In this document: positions 8,748-17,903 of the stretch, one piece after another
Layout: each line of letters opens with the position of its first letter
Position numbering within the stretch: position 1 is the first letter of the stretch
Sequence record: SRR31156797_3432
Length of the DNA: 20,000 nucleotides
Reading direction: 5' to 3' (one strand)
Notes under the pieces: generated by a model
Databases searched by the model: none
Seen by the model: only the letters and a program-made list of their open reading frames with translations
Told to the model about the DNA's origin: nothing
Made by a program: the position numbers and the translations under genes

Positions 8748-9758
8748 GTGGACAATCTTTTTAATATAGATTTTCTTGAACTGGGCAGCCGTGCTGACCG
8801 GATCAGGCAGGAAAAGTGGGGCAAGAAAACCTTTTTTGTCAGAAACCTGCACCTTAATTATACAAACATCTGCGTAAGTAAGTGCCGTTTCTGCGCTTTC
8901 GAAAAAGATGACGGAGAGGACGGTGCATACCTTCTCGAAGTTGACGACATGGTTGAATATGTCGAAGAGAACGGTAAAGACGCTGTTGAGATTCATATAG
9001 TTGGCGGTCTGCATCCGTCTAAGCCTTTCGAGTTTTATACTGAGGCACTTTCAGCTCTTAAGACAACTTTCCCTAAGAAAACAATCAAGGCGTTCAGCGC
9101 TGTTGAAATAGAGTATTTTTCCGGTATTTCAGGACTTTCTAATAAGGAAGTTTTGCTTGCTCTTAAAAAATCTGGTCTTGAGATGATGCCTGGCGGCGGT
9201 GCTGAAATTTTTGCACCGGAAGTACGCAATGTAATCTGTCCGGAGAAGATTCCGGCTGAAAAATGGCTTGATATCCATGAGCTTGCACACGTGAATGATA
9301 TAATGACTAACGCTACAATGCTTTACGGTCATATTGAAAAGGATGAACACAAGCTTGCTCATCTCGAAGCGATCAGAGGATTACAGGAGAAGACAGGCGG
9401 ATTTCTAGCTTTTATCCCGCTCTCTTTCCACCCAGAGAACACCTTCCTTAACGATCTCTATCCGGCGACAGGTGTAGACGACCTTAAGACTATAGCGGTC
9501 TCCAGAATTGTTTTAGATAACGTACCTCATATCAAAGCTTACTGGGTTATGCTCGGTGAAAAAACAGCACAAACTGCACTTCGCTTTGGTGCTGATGATC
9601 TTGATGGTACAATAATAAAAGAGAATATCACTCACGCCGCAGGTGCGACAAGCAGTGAAGGCTTAACTGTCGAGACTCTTGTTGATTTTTGCAGATCAGC
9701 AGGGCTGGAAGCTGTTGAGCGTGACGCATTTTATAACGAAATTAAAGTATACGGTTAA
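8748..9758 (+). CDS. mqnE: Aminofutalosine synthase (CofH/MqnC-like radical SAM enzyme, futalosine menaquinone pathway)
   Basis: NYTNICVSKCRFCAF, HIVGGLHP, MPGGGAEIF, NATMLYGHIE. HIKAYWVMLG and FGADDLDGT...I.HAAGA favour MqnE over MqnC. Start placed at GTG 8748 after GGAG at 8733-8736; start is uncertain. Confidence 0.85.
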   Translation: MDNLFNIDFLELGSRADRIRQEKWGKKTFFVRNLHLNYTNICVSKCRFCAFEKDDGEDGAYLLEVDDMVEYVEENGKDAVEIHIVGGLHPSKPFEFYTEALSALKTTFPKKTIKAFSAVEIEYFSGISGLSNKEVLLALKKSGLEMMPGGGAEIFAPEVRNVICPEKIPAEKWLDIHELAHVNDIMTNATMLYGHIEKDEHKLAHLEAIRGLQEKTGGFLAFIPLSFHPENTFLNDLYPATGVDDLKTIAVSRIVLDNVPHIKAYWVMLGEKTAQTALRFGADDLDGTIIKENITHAAGATSSEGLTVETLVDFCRSAGLEAVERDAFYNEIKVYG

Positions 9759-9760
9759 GA

Positions 9761-10576
9761 ATGGCAGAATATATATTTTTAAACCCATCACCAAACATGC
9801 TGAAAATAGCTGAAACTGTCCGCAGTTTCGGGCGGAAGGTAGTGCTGGTGCGTAACGATCAGTTTCCTGAGATAGATGCAGTGAATATACACCTTTTCTA
9901 CGGTGATGGATACAAGAGCATGTTCCCTAGTGATACAGCATCGGGCGATGTTAAACAGTTCTCCAGAATGAAGAAAAATATGCTCGCTAACATGACTCTT
10001 TCAAAGATTAAAGGGGAGCTTTCAGCAGAATCAGGCGATCTTGCTTCTGGTGATGTTGTAGACCTCTGCCTGCTTAAGCGTGCTGCGCTTAGCAAGAAAG
10101 AGATTGTCACAAACCCTGTGAGCAGTGCTACCAGCTTTTCTCAGATAGCTGCTGACAATGAGCACGCTACTATCGTTACAGGGTATATGGAATTCCTTGG
10201 CGGTAACGAAAAGCTTATTATGTACGACACAGATTTCGATCTGAAAGAAGCACTTGGTAAAGATTATTTTATATTTTTCATAGACGGAGAGCGGGTAGAG
10301 ATGTGCGCATCAGGTAACAGACTTGTAACTATCGGCTCAAAAAATCTCGATCATATCGAAGTTTTGTCTGAAAAGATGGGATTTTTCAAAAAGTTTAATT
10401 TTAAAAAGATTAAGGAACTGGTAATATCCAGAAACAGGATGCCTTGGGTTGTCAACAACATCGACAAACATCTGATTCTTGTTAATGACTTCAGCTTTTT
10501 CAACATTTCTATCAAAATGACAGATCAGTGGTTCGAAAAGGTCGGGAGATATATATGCACAGACAAGCAGCGGTAG
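9761..10576 (+). CDS. Hypothetical protein, possibly a degenerate FAD-dependent oxidoreductase (DAO-like) fold
   Basis: 271-aa ORF starting 2 nt after the mqnE stop and overlapping the amrB start. The fold assignment is inferred from degenerate motifs only. Confidence 0.7.
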   Translation: MAEYIFLNPSPNMLKIAETVRSFGRKVVLVRNDQFPEIDAVNIHLFYGDGYKSMFPSDTASGDVKQFSRMKKNMLANMTLSKIKGELSAESGDLASGDVVDLCLLKRAALSKKEIVTNPVSSATSFSQIAADNEHATIVTGYMEFLGGNEKLIMYDTDFDLKEALGKDYFIFFIDGERVEMCASGNRLVTIGSKNLDHIEVLSEKMGFFKKFNFKKIKELVISRNRMPWVVNNIDKHLILVNDFSFFNISIKMTDQWFEKVGRYICTDKQR

Positions 10577-11337
10577 CAGGTGTATTTTATCCAGCTGATG
10601 CAGGCTCTGTCAGAGACTTTATAGAAGAAAATTGTTCAGACGCTAATCCGGAGAAAGCTTCCGGAGTTCTAGTGCCACACGCTGGATATGTCTATTCAGG
10701 CGCAACTGCCGTACGCACACTTTCCAGAGTTAAAATCCCAGACACAGTAATTTTAGCAGGTCCGAACCACACAGGGAAAGGACCTAATATATCAGTATAC
10801 CCTTCCGGTTCGTGGATAACCCCTATGGGGGCGGCATGGGTTGATGAAGAGCTTGCGGGAAAACTATGTGAGCACGAACTTTTCACAGCGGACACAACCG
10901 CACACGCATCAGAGCATTCACTCGAAGTGATTGTACCTATCCTTCAGTATTTTAACCCTGATGTAAAAATAGTCTTCATCACAGCCAAATACCTTAGTCT
11001 TGAGGATGTGAAAGAGGCCGCAAAGCACATTGCATCCCTCACTGATGCACTTTTTGTAATCAGCTCTGACTTTAATCATTTCGAAGATGTAGAAACTACT
11101 GAGATAAAGGACAAGGCGGCACTTGATAAGCTTATGTATGCTGATAGTGACGGGCTTTATGATGTTATCCCTGCGATGCAGATTTCCATGTGCGGAGTCA
11201 TTCCTGCCTGTATAGGTATAGAGTATTGCATAGCTAAGGGGGCACGTGAGTCAGTTTTTATCGAGCATACTCACAGCGGTATGGTTAATGATGATAATAA
11301 CAGAGTGGTCGGATATGCCGGTCTGTACTATAAATAA
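10555..11337 (+). CDS. amrB: AmmeMemoRadiSam system protein B / MEMO1 family protein
   Basis: RQAAVAGVFYP, VPHAGYVYSG, GPNHTG, EHSLEV, SSDFNH, MCG and VVGYAG motifs. ATG 10555 follows a GGGAG SD. Confidence 0.92.
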   Translation: MHRQAAVAGVFYPADAGSVRDFIEENCSDANPEKASGVLVPHAGYVYSGATAVRTLSRVKIPDTVILAGPNHTGKGPNISVYPSGSWITPMGAAWVDEELAGKLCEHELFTADTTAHASEHSLEVIVPILQYFNPDVKIVFITAKYLSLEDVKEAAKHIASLTDALFVISSDFNHFEDVETTEIKDKAALDKLMYADSDGLYDVIPAMQISMCGVIPACIGIEYCIAKGARESVFIEHTHSGMVNDDNNRVVGYAGLYYK

Positions 11338-11348
11338 GAGGATTTAAT

Positions 11349-12218
11349 ATGAAAGTAAGAACAGCAGTTTTCCCCGTAGCGGGGCTAGGAACAAGATTAT
11401 TACCAGCGACTAAGGCTATGCCGAAGGAGATGGTTACATTAATAGATCGACCACTTATTCAGTATGCAGTTGAAGAGGTTATTAATGCAGGAATTGAGAG
11501 AGTTGTTTTTGTTTCAGCTAGAAGCAAAAGATCGCTCGAAGACCATTTCGACAGAACACCTGAGCTTGAGTATCAGCTTGAGCAGTCAGGTAAAACAGCA
11601 GTTCTCCAGTCTATGAAAAAACTCTCTTTTATGTGTGACATCACTTATGTCCGCCAGAAAGAGCCGCTTGGACTTGGGCACGCTGTTCTATGCGCTAAAG
11701 ACGCTGTGGGCGACGAACCTTTCGCTGTTATCCTCCCAGATGATATAATAAATGCAAAAGTACCTGTTACAGCTCAGCTAATTGAGAGGTATAATAAGAC
11801 AGGCAAATCAGTTGTGTCACTTATGGAAGTGCCGAACGAAGACACATCTAAATACGGAATAGTAAAACTTGGTGCCGAGGAAGACGAAGGTCTTTTTAAG
11901 CTTGACGGCATGGTTGAAAAACCTAAGAAAAACCCGCCGTCTAACATGGCTATAATCGGTCGCTATATACTTTCTCACGAGGTTATGAAATCTCTGGAGA
12001 CCACACCTCGGGGTGCTGGCGGTGAGATACAGCTCACTGATGCTATTCTGGATGTTGCTAATACGCAGGGTGTATACGGCTATGTGTTTGAAGGGCAGAG
12101 GTTCGACTGCGGGAATATGAATGGTCTTTTCGAGGCAGTTGTTAATTTTGCCCTTGAAAGAGAAGATCTTAGGGAACATGCTATAAATGTAATTAAGGAA
12201 GCAAGCAAACGTTTCTAG
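11349..12218 (+). CDS. galU: UTP--glucose-1-phosphate uridylyltransferase
   Basis: AVFPVAGLGTRLLPATKAMPKEM, RQKEPLGLGHAV, VEKP, GEIQLTDA and RFDCG motifs. Confidence 0.96.
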   Translation: MKVRTAVFPVAGLGTRLLPATKAMPKEMVTLIDRPLIQYAVEEVINAGIERVVFVSARSKRSLEDHFDRTPELEYQLEQSGKTAVLQSMKKLSFMCDITYVRQKEPLGLGHAVLCAKDAVGDEPFAVILPDDIINAKVPVTAQLIERYNKTGKSVVSLMEVPNEDTSKYGIVKLGAEEDEGLFKLDGMVEKPKKNPPSNMAIIGRYILSHEVMKSLETTPRGAGGEIQLTDAILDVANTQGVYGYVFEGQRFDCGNMNGLFEAVVNFALEREDLREHAINVIKEASKRF

Positions 12219-12236
12219 CTTTAGCGGGGTAGTATC

Positions 12237-12686
12237 TTGAACGATAACTATGACTCTATTGAAAAGATAAGATTTATCCACGGTCTCATGAAGAAAGAGG
12301 TCGAGGAACTTATCAAATTTATAAGCTCGAATAAAGTGAATCTGGTGGAGACGAATACGCCTCCCATGGATGTTATAATAAAAGATAAAGAGGTCGTGAT
12401 TTGGGTGGAGCTTCCAGGGCTTTCCACTGACGACTTCACTGTTTACCAATACGACGACCTTGTTGTTATCGAGGGCGTCAGACCGAAAGATCATGTTCCT
12501 AAGGCTAGCTTTATCCGTGTAGAGCGCGAAGCTGTCAGGTTTAAGCGAATACTTAAACTACCGTTTTGTGTGAATGACGGGCATACGAAGGCTAAGCTGA
12601 AAGATGGGGTGCTGGAAGTCAATATCTCCAGATGCTCCTGTGGAACAGTTCTGATGAGTGAGGAGGAACAAGGTGGAGCAATTTGA
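12237..12686 (+). CDS. Hsp20 / alpha-crystallin family small heat-shock protein
   Basis: PPMDV, VELPG, IEGVR, RVER...FKRILKLP and AKLKDGVLEV motifs. TTG start. Confidence 0.88.
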   Translation: MNDNYDSIEKIRFIHGLMKKEVEELIKFISSNKVNLVETNTPPMDVIIKDKEVVIWVELPGLSTDDFTVYQYDDLVVIEGVRPKDHVPKASFIRVEREAVRFKRILKLPFCVNDGHTKAKLKDGVLEVNISRCSCGTVLMSEEEQGGAI

Positions 12687-15009
12687 AACTGAGATAACTA
12701 TACCTGAAGAGCTACCGCTTTTACCGGTCAGAGACATTGTAGTATTTCCATATATGGTAGTGCCCCTTTATGTGGGTAGAGACCAGAGTATCGCATCTGT
12801 TAATGAGGCGCTCGGCGAGGATAGACTTATATTCTTAGCGTGTCAGAAAGATGCGGCGGACGAAGAGCCCGAAGATGAAGATATTTACGAAGTAGGAACA
12901 GTAGCTGTTATTCTTCGTATGCTGAAAATGCCTGATAACCGTATCAAGCTTTTGGTACAAGGTGTTAAAAGAGCTAAAATACTCGAGCATGCTGAATCGG
13001 AAGAGGGCTATCGTGTCCGTATCGAAGAGATTGACGATTTTGAGGAGACGGATAATCCTGAAATCGAGGCGCTTCTTCGACATATAAAAGAACAGCTCAA
13101 TACCGCTGTTGCACTTGGTAAGCCTATGCTACCGGATCTTATCGCTGTCATAGAGAGCATTGATGAGGCGGGCAAGCTTGCTGATATCATAATTTCTAAC
13201 CTCGGTCTTAAGGTGGATGAAGCTCAGGAGGTTCTTGAGCTGGACGACTCTGTGGATAGGCTTAAAAAGGTTGGCGAATTTCTAACACGTGAGATTTCTA
13301 TCCTGGAAGTTCAGCAGAAGATTATGAACGACGCCAGAGGCGAGATAGATAAGAGCCAGAAGGAATATTTCCTCCGCGAACAGCTGAAGGCGATCCGCAA
13401 AGAGCTAGGCGAAGAGGATGACTTCATGGCGGAGATGGAAGAGTACCGCAAGAAGATCAAAAAGTGCAAAATGCCTAAGAAGGTTCTCGAAGAGGCTGAT
13501 AAGCAGCTCGACAGACTTTCGAAGATGCATGGTGATTCAGCCGAGGCTACAGTTGTAAGGACTTACCTCGACTGGATGATTGATGTTCCATGGAGCAAAA
13601 CGACTAAAGATAAGCTGGATATCAAAGAAGCGAAGAATATCCTCGACGAAGATCATTTCGGTCTGGACGAGGTGAAGGACAGGATCCTTGATTTCCTCGC
13701 TCTGCGTCAGCTTAAGAAAGATATAAAAAGCCCGATACTCTGCCTTTCGGGACCTCCGGGGGTTGGTAAAACATCACTCGGCATGTCCGTTGCGAGAGCT
13801 ATGGGGCGTAAATACGTGCGTATGTCTCTTGGTGGTGTTCGTGACGAAGCGGAGATCAGAGGGCACAGGCGTACCTACATCGGCGCTCTGCCGGGTAAGA
13901 TAATCCAAGGGATGAAAACTGCTGGTTCTATTAATCCTGTCTTTATGCTGGATGAGATAGACAAGCTCGGTAGTGATTTCAGAGGAGACCCTTCCAGTGC
14001 GCTCCTTGAAGTTCTCGATCCGGTGCAGAATGTTAATTTTGTTGATCATTACCTAGGAGTTCCGATCGATCTTTCGAAGGTAATGTTCATCACTACAGCT
14101 AACTACCTCGACCCAATTCCACCTGCCCTGAAAGACAGGATGGAGATCATCCAGATACCTGGATATACGGAAGAGGAGAAGGTGAAAATTTCAGAAAAGT
14201 ACCTTGTGCCACGCCAGAAGAAAGAGAATGGTCTTGATGACTTTTCTATCAAGTTTTCTAAGAAGGCGCTTGGTGAGCTTATCTCCGGATACACGAGAGA
14301 GAGCGGTCTGCGTAATCTTGAACGTACTATTGGCACTGTCTGTCGTAAAATAGGGCGTAAGATTGCGGAGGGTGATAAGCGTAAGTCTTTTATGGTGACT
14401 GATAAATCACTCGAAGGCTACCTCGGACCTGAGAAATTCGTTGGAGAAGATGAGCTTAAAGATAATGAAGTGGGTACAGTCACAGGTCTCGCATGGACAC
14501 CTGTAGGCGGTGACGTACTATTTATAGAATGTACAAAGTATAAAGGGAAGGGCGTTCTGAACGTTACAGGGCAGCTCGGTGATGTTATGAAAGAATCATC
14601 GAGAGCAGCTTTCACATATGTGCGCACTATCGCCGATAAGTTTGATATAGATATGGAGATGTTTGAGAAGAACGATATCCATATACACGTGCCGGCGGGA
14701 GCTATCCCTAAAGACGGACCTAGTGCTGGTATTACAATGGGTACTGCGCTTGTGTCGTGTTTTACCGGGCGTAAGGTGAATAAGAAGGTCGCTATGACCG
14801 GCGAGATAACCATTACCGGAAAAGTGCTTCCTATCGGCGGACTGAAAGAGAAACTTCTTGCGGCGAAACGCCACGGGATAGAGAAAGTTTTAGTCCCAGC
14901 TAAAAACGAGAAAGACCTTAGAAGCTTGCCTAAATATGTAAAGAACTCACTGGAGATCGTTTACGTGTCGCAGTTTGAAGAGGTTATTGAGCACGCACTG
15001 ATAGATTAA
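12673..15009 (+). CDS. lon: ATP-dependent Lon protease (LonA)
   Basis: LPLLPVRDIVVFP N-domain, GPPGVGKTS Walker A, MLDEIDK Walker B, PKDGPSAG catalytic Ser and IGGLKEK catalytic Lys. GTG 12673 follows AGGAGG at 12661-12666. Confidence 0.97.
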   Translation: MEQFETEITIPEELPLLPVRDIVVFPYMVVPLYVGRDQSIASVNEALGEDRLIFLACQKDAADEEPEDEDIYEVGTVAVILRMLKMPDNRIKLLVQGVKRAKILEHAESEEGYRVRIEEIDDFEETDNPEIEALLRHIKEQLNTAVALGKPMLPDLIAVIESIDEAGKLADIIISNLGLKVDEAQEVLELDDSVDRLKKVGEFLTREISILEVQQKIMNDARGEIDKSQKEYFLREQLKAIRKELGEEDDFMAEMEEYRKKIKKCKMPKKVLEEADKQLDRLSKMHGDSAEATVVRTYLDWMIDVPWSKTTKDKLDIKEAKNILDEDHFGLDEVKDRILDFLALRQLKKDIKSPILCLSGPPGVGKTSLGMSVARAMGRKYVRMSLGGVRDEAEIRGHRRTYIGALPGKIIQGMKTAGSINPVFMLDEIDKLGSDFRGDPSSALLEVLDPVQNVNFVDHYLGVPIDLSKVMFITTANYLDPIPPALKDRMEIIQIPGYTEEEKVKISEKYLVPRQKKENGLDDFSIKFSKKALGELISGYTRESGLRNLERTIGTVCRKIGRKIAEGDKRKSFMVTDKSLEGYLGPEKFVGEDELKDNEVGTVTGLAWTPVGGDVLFIECTKYKGKGVLNVTGQLGDVMKESSRAAFTYVRTIADKFDIDMEMFEKNDIHIHVPAGAIPKDGPSAGITMGTALVSCFTGRKVNKKVAMTGEITITGKVLPIGGLKEKLLAAKRHGIEKVLVPAKNEKDLRSLPKYVKNSLEIVYVSQFEEVIEHALID

Positions 15010-15034
15010 TTTCTACAAACTAAATGTAACATAT

Positions 15035-15064
15035 AAAAAACCCCTTGACAAAAGGGGTTTTTTT
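15035..15064. terminator. Intrinsic (potentially bidirectional) terminator after lon, containing a TTGACA box
   Basis: AAAAAACCCCTT-GACAA-AAGGGGTTTTTTT: 12-bp inverted repeat with A and T tracts. Confidence 0.8.
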
Positions 15065-15072
15065 GTTAGATT
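15045..15072 (+). promoter_or_regulatory. Putative copA promoter
   Basis: TTGACA (15045-15050), 16-nt spacer, TG-n-TAGATT (15067-15072). Confidence 0.5.
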
Positions 15073-15119
15073 AAATATACAGAAAACCATATGTTTATTT
15101 TAAGCTTCCGGAGACAAAA

Positions 15120-17258
15120 ATGAAAGATACAAACATAAGCATCGGCGGGATGATGTGCGCTGCATGTGTACGCAGGGTAGAGAAAAAGCTTCAGAAAGTA
15201 GACGGGATAGAATCTGTAATTGTCAATCTTGCAACAAATTCTGCTCAGGTCAGCTTTGATTCTGACGTTATCAATATAGACGGCATAGCTGAATCCGTAG
15301 ACAAAATTGGCTACGAGTTCAAAGGTGTCGATCAGGACATGGTTGAGGACGAAACCAGCAGTGATTACGCAAGACGGCTCAAGGTGTCCGCCCCTATATC
15401 TCTGATAGTCTTTACTCTTTCTATGACAACAATTCCATCTATCGAAGCTTTTAAGTTCTGGATTCTGCTGTTACTCACGTTGACCGTAATGGTTTTCGGA
15501 GGCGGTATATTTTATAAAGTTGCGTGGAAGAATTTTAAAAACCGAACATCTGATATGAACACTCTCCTTGCGGTGGGTACTATATCTGCTTTTATATATT
15601 CAGTTTTTGTGACCATTTTCGCTGACTACTTCATAAGCCGTGGTAATTATCACGTTTACTACGATGCCGCATGTGTGATCATCACATTTATACTTACCGG
15701 ACGTATGATGGAGGCGAGGGCGAAAAAACGTGCAAAGGGTGCGATCGAAGCACTTTTAAACCTTGCACCTAAGACTGCGTATGTAATAGTTGATGGAGAA
15801 GAGACAGAGGTTAATGCTAACCAGCTTAAAATTGGTGATTTGATAAGAGTTAAGCCGGGCGGTGCTATCGCTGTGGACGGAGTAGTAGAATCAGGGCAGG
15901 GGCGTGCGGACGAGTCTATGCTTACTGGTGAATCTGTTCCTGTTGCGAAAAAAGATGGTGAAACAGTTTACGCCGGAACAGTTCTTACAACTGGTACGAT
16001 CACATATAGAGCGAACACAGTAGGTAATGAAACAGTTCTCGCAGGGATCATCCAGACGGTGAAATCTGCTACAGCGTCAAAGCCTGCGGTTCAGCGTATG
16101 GCAGATCAAGTCTCGTCAGTTTTTGTTCCTATAGTTATGGTTATTTCGGTTGTGACATTTTTGGCGTGGTTCTTCTTCGGACCTGAGCCGTTACTTGCTA
16201 ACAGTCTGCTTGCGTTTGTGTCGGTGCTTATTGTCGCTTGCCCTTGTGCAATGGGGCTTGCCACTCCGACCGCTGTTATGGTGAGTACGGGGCGGGGTGC
16301 ATCAAGCGGTATACTCGTAAAAAATGGTGAAACATTAGAGAAAGCTTGCAAGGTAAACCGTATTATCTTTGATAAGACGGGCACGCTTACCACTGGGAAT
16401 CTGACCGTCGAGATGACTGTCACTGAGCATGCTGATTTTCTTAAATACGCACTGTCGCTTGAGGCTCTATCTGAGCACCCGCTTGCAAGGTCTATCGTTG
16501 AGTATGCAAAAGAGCATGGTGCGGAAACAGTTGAAGTTGAGGATTTTCAGAATATAGATGGTGAAGGTGTCAGCGGAATTATAGGCGGAAAGCTTGTGAA
16601 AGCTGGTAAGCTCGGCTTTGTTGATGCGGAAGCGCTGGAATATCAGGGTTCTCATGTGTATGTTTCTATAGATGGCGGGTTCGCCGGTGCATTCGGTATC
16701 TCTGACTCAGTGAAAGAGGATGCCTCAGAAACCGTCAGAAAGCTAAAAGCCCGTGGCGTGACACCTGTGATAGTTTCCGGTGATAACGAAAAATCTGTTC
16801 AGATAGTAGCTGAAAAGGTTGGCATTGAAGAGTTTTATCATGGAATCAGCCCAAAGGGTAAGCTTGACATACTCCAAGGCTACCGTGAAGAGGGTGACGT
16901 TGTCGCTATGGTCGGTGATGGTATAAATGACGCCGCAGCCCTTGCCGCTAGTGATGTAGGGTTTGCCATGAGCAGCGGAACAGATGCAGCCATGCAGGCA
17001 GGCGATATAACTATCCTCGGTGACAGCACAGACCGTATCACAAAAGCGATAAACCTATCATGCTTCACCTTATCAGTGATCAAGCAGAACCTCTTCTGGG
17101 CGTTCTTTTACAATATAATCCTTATACCACTTGCAGCAGGCGTGTTTTACCCGTCATTCGGGATACAGCTCTCCCCTATGTTTGCAGGTGCCGCTATGGC
17201 ATTTTCTTCTGTTAGTGTGGTGAGTAATTCTTTGAGGCTGAAAGTTAAGAAGATATAA
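15120..17258 (+). CDS. copA: Cu(I)-translocating P1B-1 ATPase
   Basis: GMMCAAC HMA domain, TGES, ACPCAMGLATP, DKTGT, SEHPLA, GDGIND. YN and MAFSS in the last transmembrane helices indicate Cu+/Ag+ specificity. Confidence 0.93.
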   Translation: MKDTNISIGGMMCAACVRRVEKKLQKVDGIESVIVNLATNSAQVSFDSDVINIDGIAESVDKIGYEFKGVDQDMVEDETSSDYARRLKVSAPISLIVFTLSMTTIPSIEAFKFWILLLLTLTVMVFGGGIFYKVAWKNFKNRTSDMNTLLAVGTISAFIYSVFVTIFADYFISRGNYHVYYDAACVIITFILTGRMMEARAKKRAKGAIEALLNLAPKTAYVIVDGEETEVNANQLKIGDLIRVKPGGAIAVDGVVESGQGRADESMLTGESVPVAKKDGETVYAGTVLTTGTITYRANTVGNETVLAGIIQTVKSATASKPAVQRMADQVSSVFVPIVMVISVVTFLAWFFFGPEPLLANSLLAFVSVLIVACPCAMGLATPTAVMVSTGRGASSGILVKNGETLEKACKVNRIIFDKTGTLTTGNLTVEMTVTEHADFLKYALSLEALSEHPLARSIVEYAKEHGAETVEVEDFQNIDGEGVSGIIGGKLVKAGKLGFVDAEALEYQGSHVYVSIDGGFAGAFGISDSVKEDASETVRKLKARGVTPVIVSGDNEKSVQIVAEKVGIEEFYHGISPKGKLDILQGYREEGDVVAMVGDGINDAAALAASDVGFAMSSGTDAAMQAGDITILGDSTDRITKAINLSCFTLSVIKQNLFWAFFYNIILIPLAAGVFYPSFGIQLSPMFAGAAMAFSSVSVVSNSLRLKVKKI

Positions 17259-17499
17259 GCCTATCTTTAAGCCTGCTCCCTACTATCTGACCAGCTATCG
17301 AAAATATCAGAAATACAGGTATGTATATCCAGTCAATCCCGGTATAGATGCGGATAAATGCAATTAATGGGATAGGTGCGTGTATACAGGCTGCCCACGG
17401 TATTGAAAACTTTTTTGTGTATGTTCTTAGCCATCCGAATGGTAAATTTAGAATGAAAGCTATGATACAAATTATAAAAACGGCTTGTAGTGTGTTCAT
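17245..17499 (-). CDS. Small hypothetical membrane protein (about 3 TM segments)
   Basis: 84-aa hydrophobic ORF (LNLPFGWLR..KKFS..W...IHAPIP) filling the copA-crcB gap. Overlaps the copA 3' end by 14 nt. Confidence 0.75.
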   Translation of the reverse strand: MNTLQAVFIICIIAFILNLPFGWLRTYTKKFSIPWAACIHAPIPLIAFIRIYTGIDWIYIPVFLIFSIAGQIVGSRLKDRLISS

Positions 17500-17533
17500 C
17501 TTTTTTATATAAGGGTTAAATGAAGGTATGTAA

Positions 17534-17902
17534 ATGAAAATTTTGTTAATTGGCGCAGGCGGATTTTTTGGTGCAGTTGCGAGATATCTTGTATCACAAA
17601 GTTCGGTTGCGATATTCGGTTCAAAAATCCCTTACGGGACTTTACTTGTAAACGTTGTCGGCTCTTTCCTTTTAGGTCTTGTTTTTGTTTTCTCAATGGA
17701 GAAAACAATTATCAGTGAGAACATGCGTTTTTTTATGGCGGTCGGTTTTCTCGGTGCTTTCACAACATTCTCGACATTTTCAGTTGAGTCGTACTATCTC
17801 ATAAACAAAGGAACTTACGGGCTTGCTTTTATGTATATCGCAGGCAGTCTATTCTTAAGCCTTGTTGGTGCTTTTGCGGGCATCATGATTGCGAGGATGT
17901 GA
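17534..17902 (+). CDS. crcB: Fluoride efflux channel Fluc/CrcB
   Basis: GGFFGAVARY, PYGTLLVNVVGSF and GFLGAFTTFSTFSVE motifs. Confidence 0.96.
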   Translation: MKILLIGAGGFFGAVARYLVSQSSVAIFGSKIPYGTLLVNVVGSFLLGLVFVFSMEKTIISENMRFFMAVGFLGAFTTFSTFSVESYYLINKGTYGLAFMYIAGSLFLSLVGAFAGIMIARM

Positions 17903-17903
17903 A

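Noticed and set aside
11817-12494. 225-aa minus-strand ORF
   Set aside because: Antisense to galU and hsp20, with no recognisable motifs; a shadow ORF.
17400-17533. Fluoride riboswitch upstream of crcB
   Set aside because: No GGCGATGG..TCGCC-like core, and the region is occupied by a divergent CDS.
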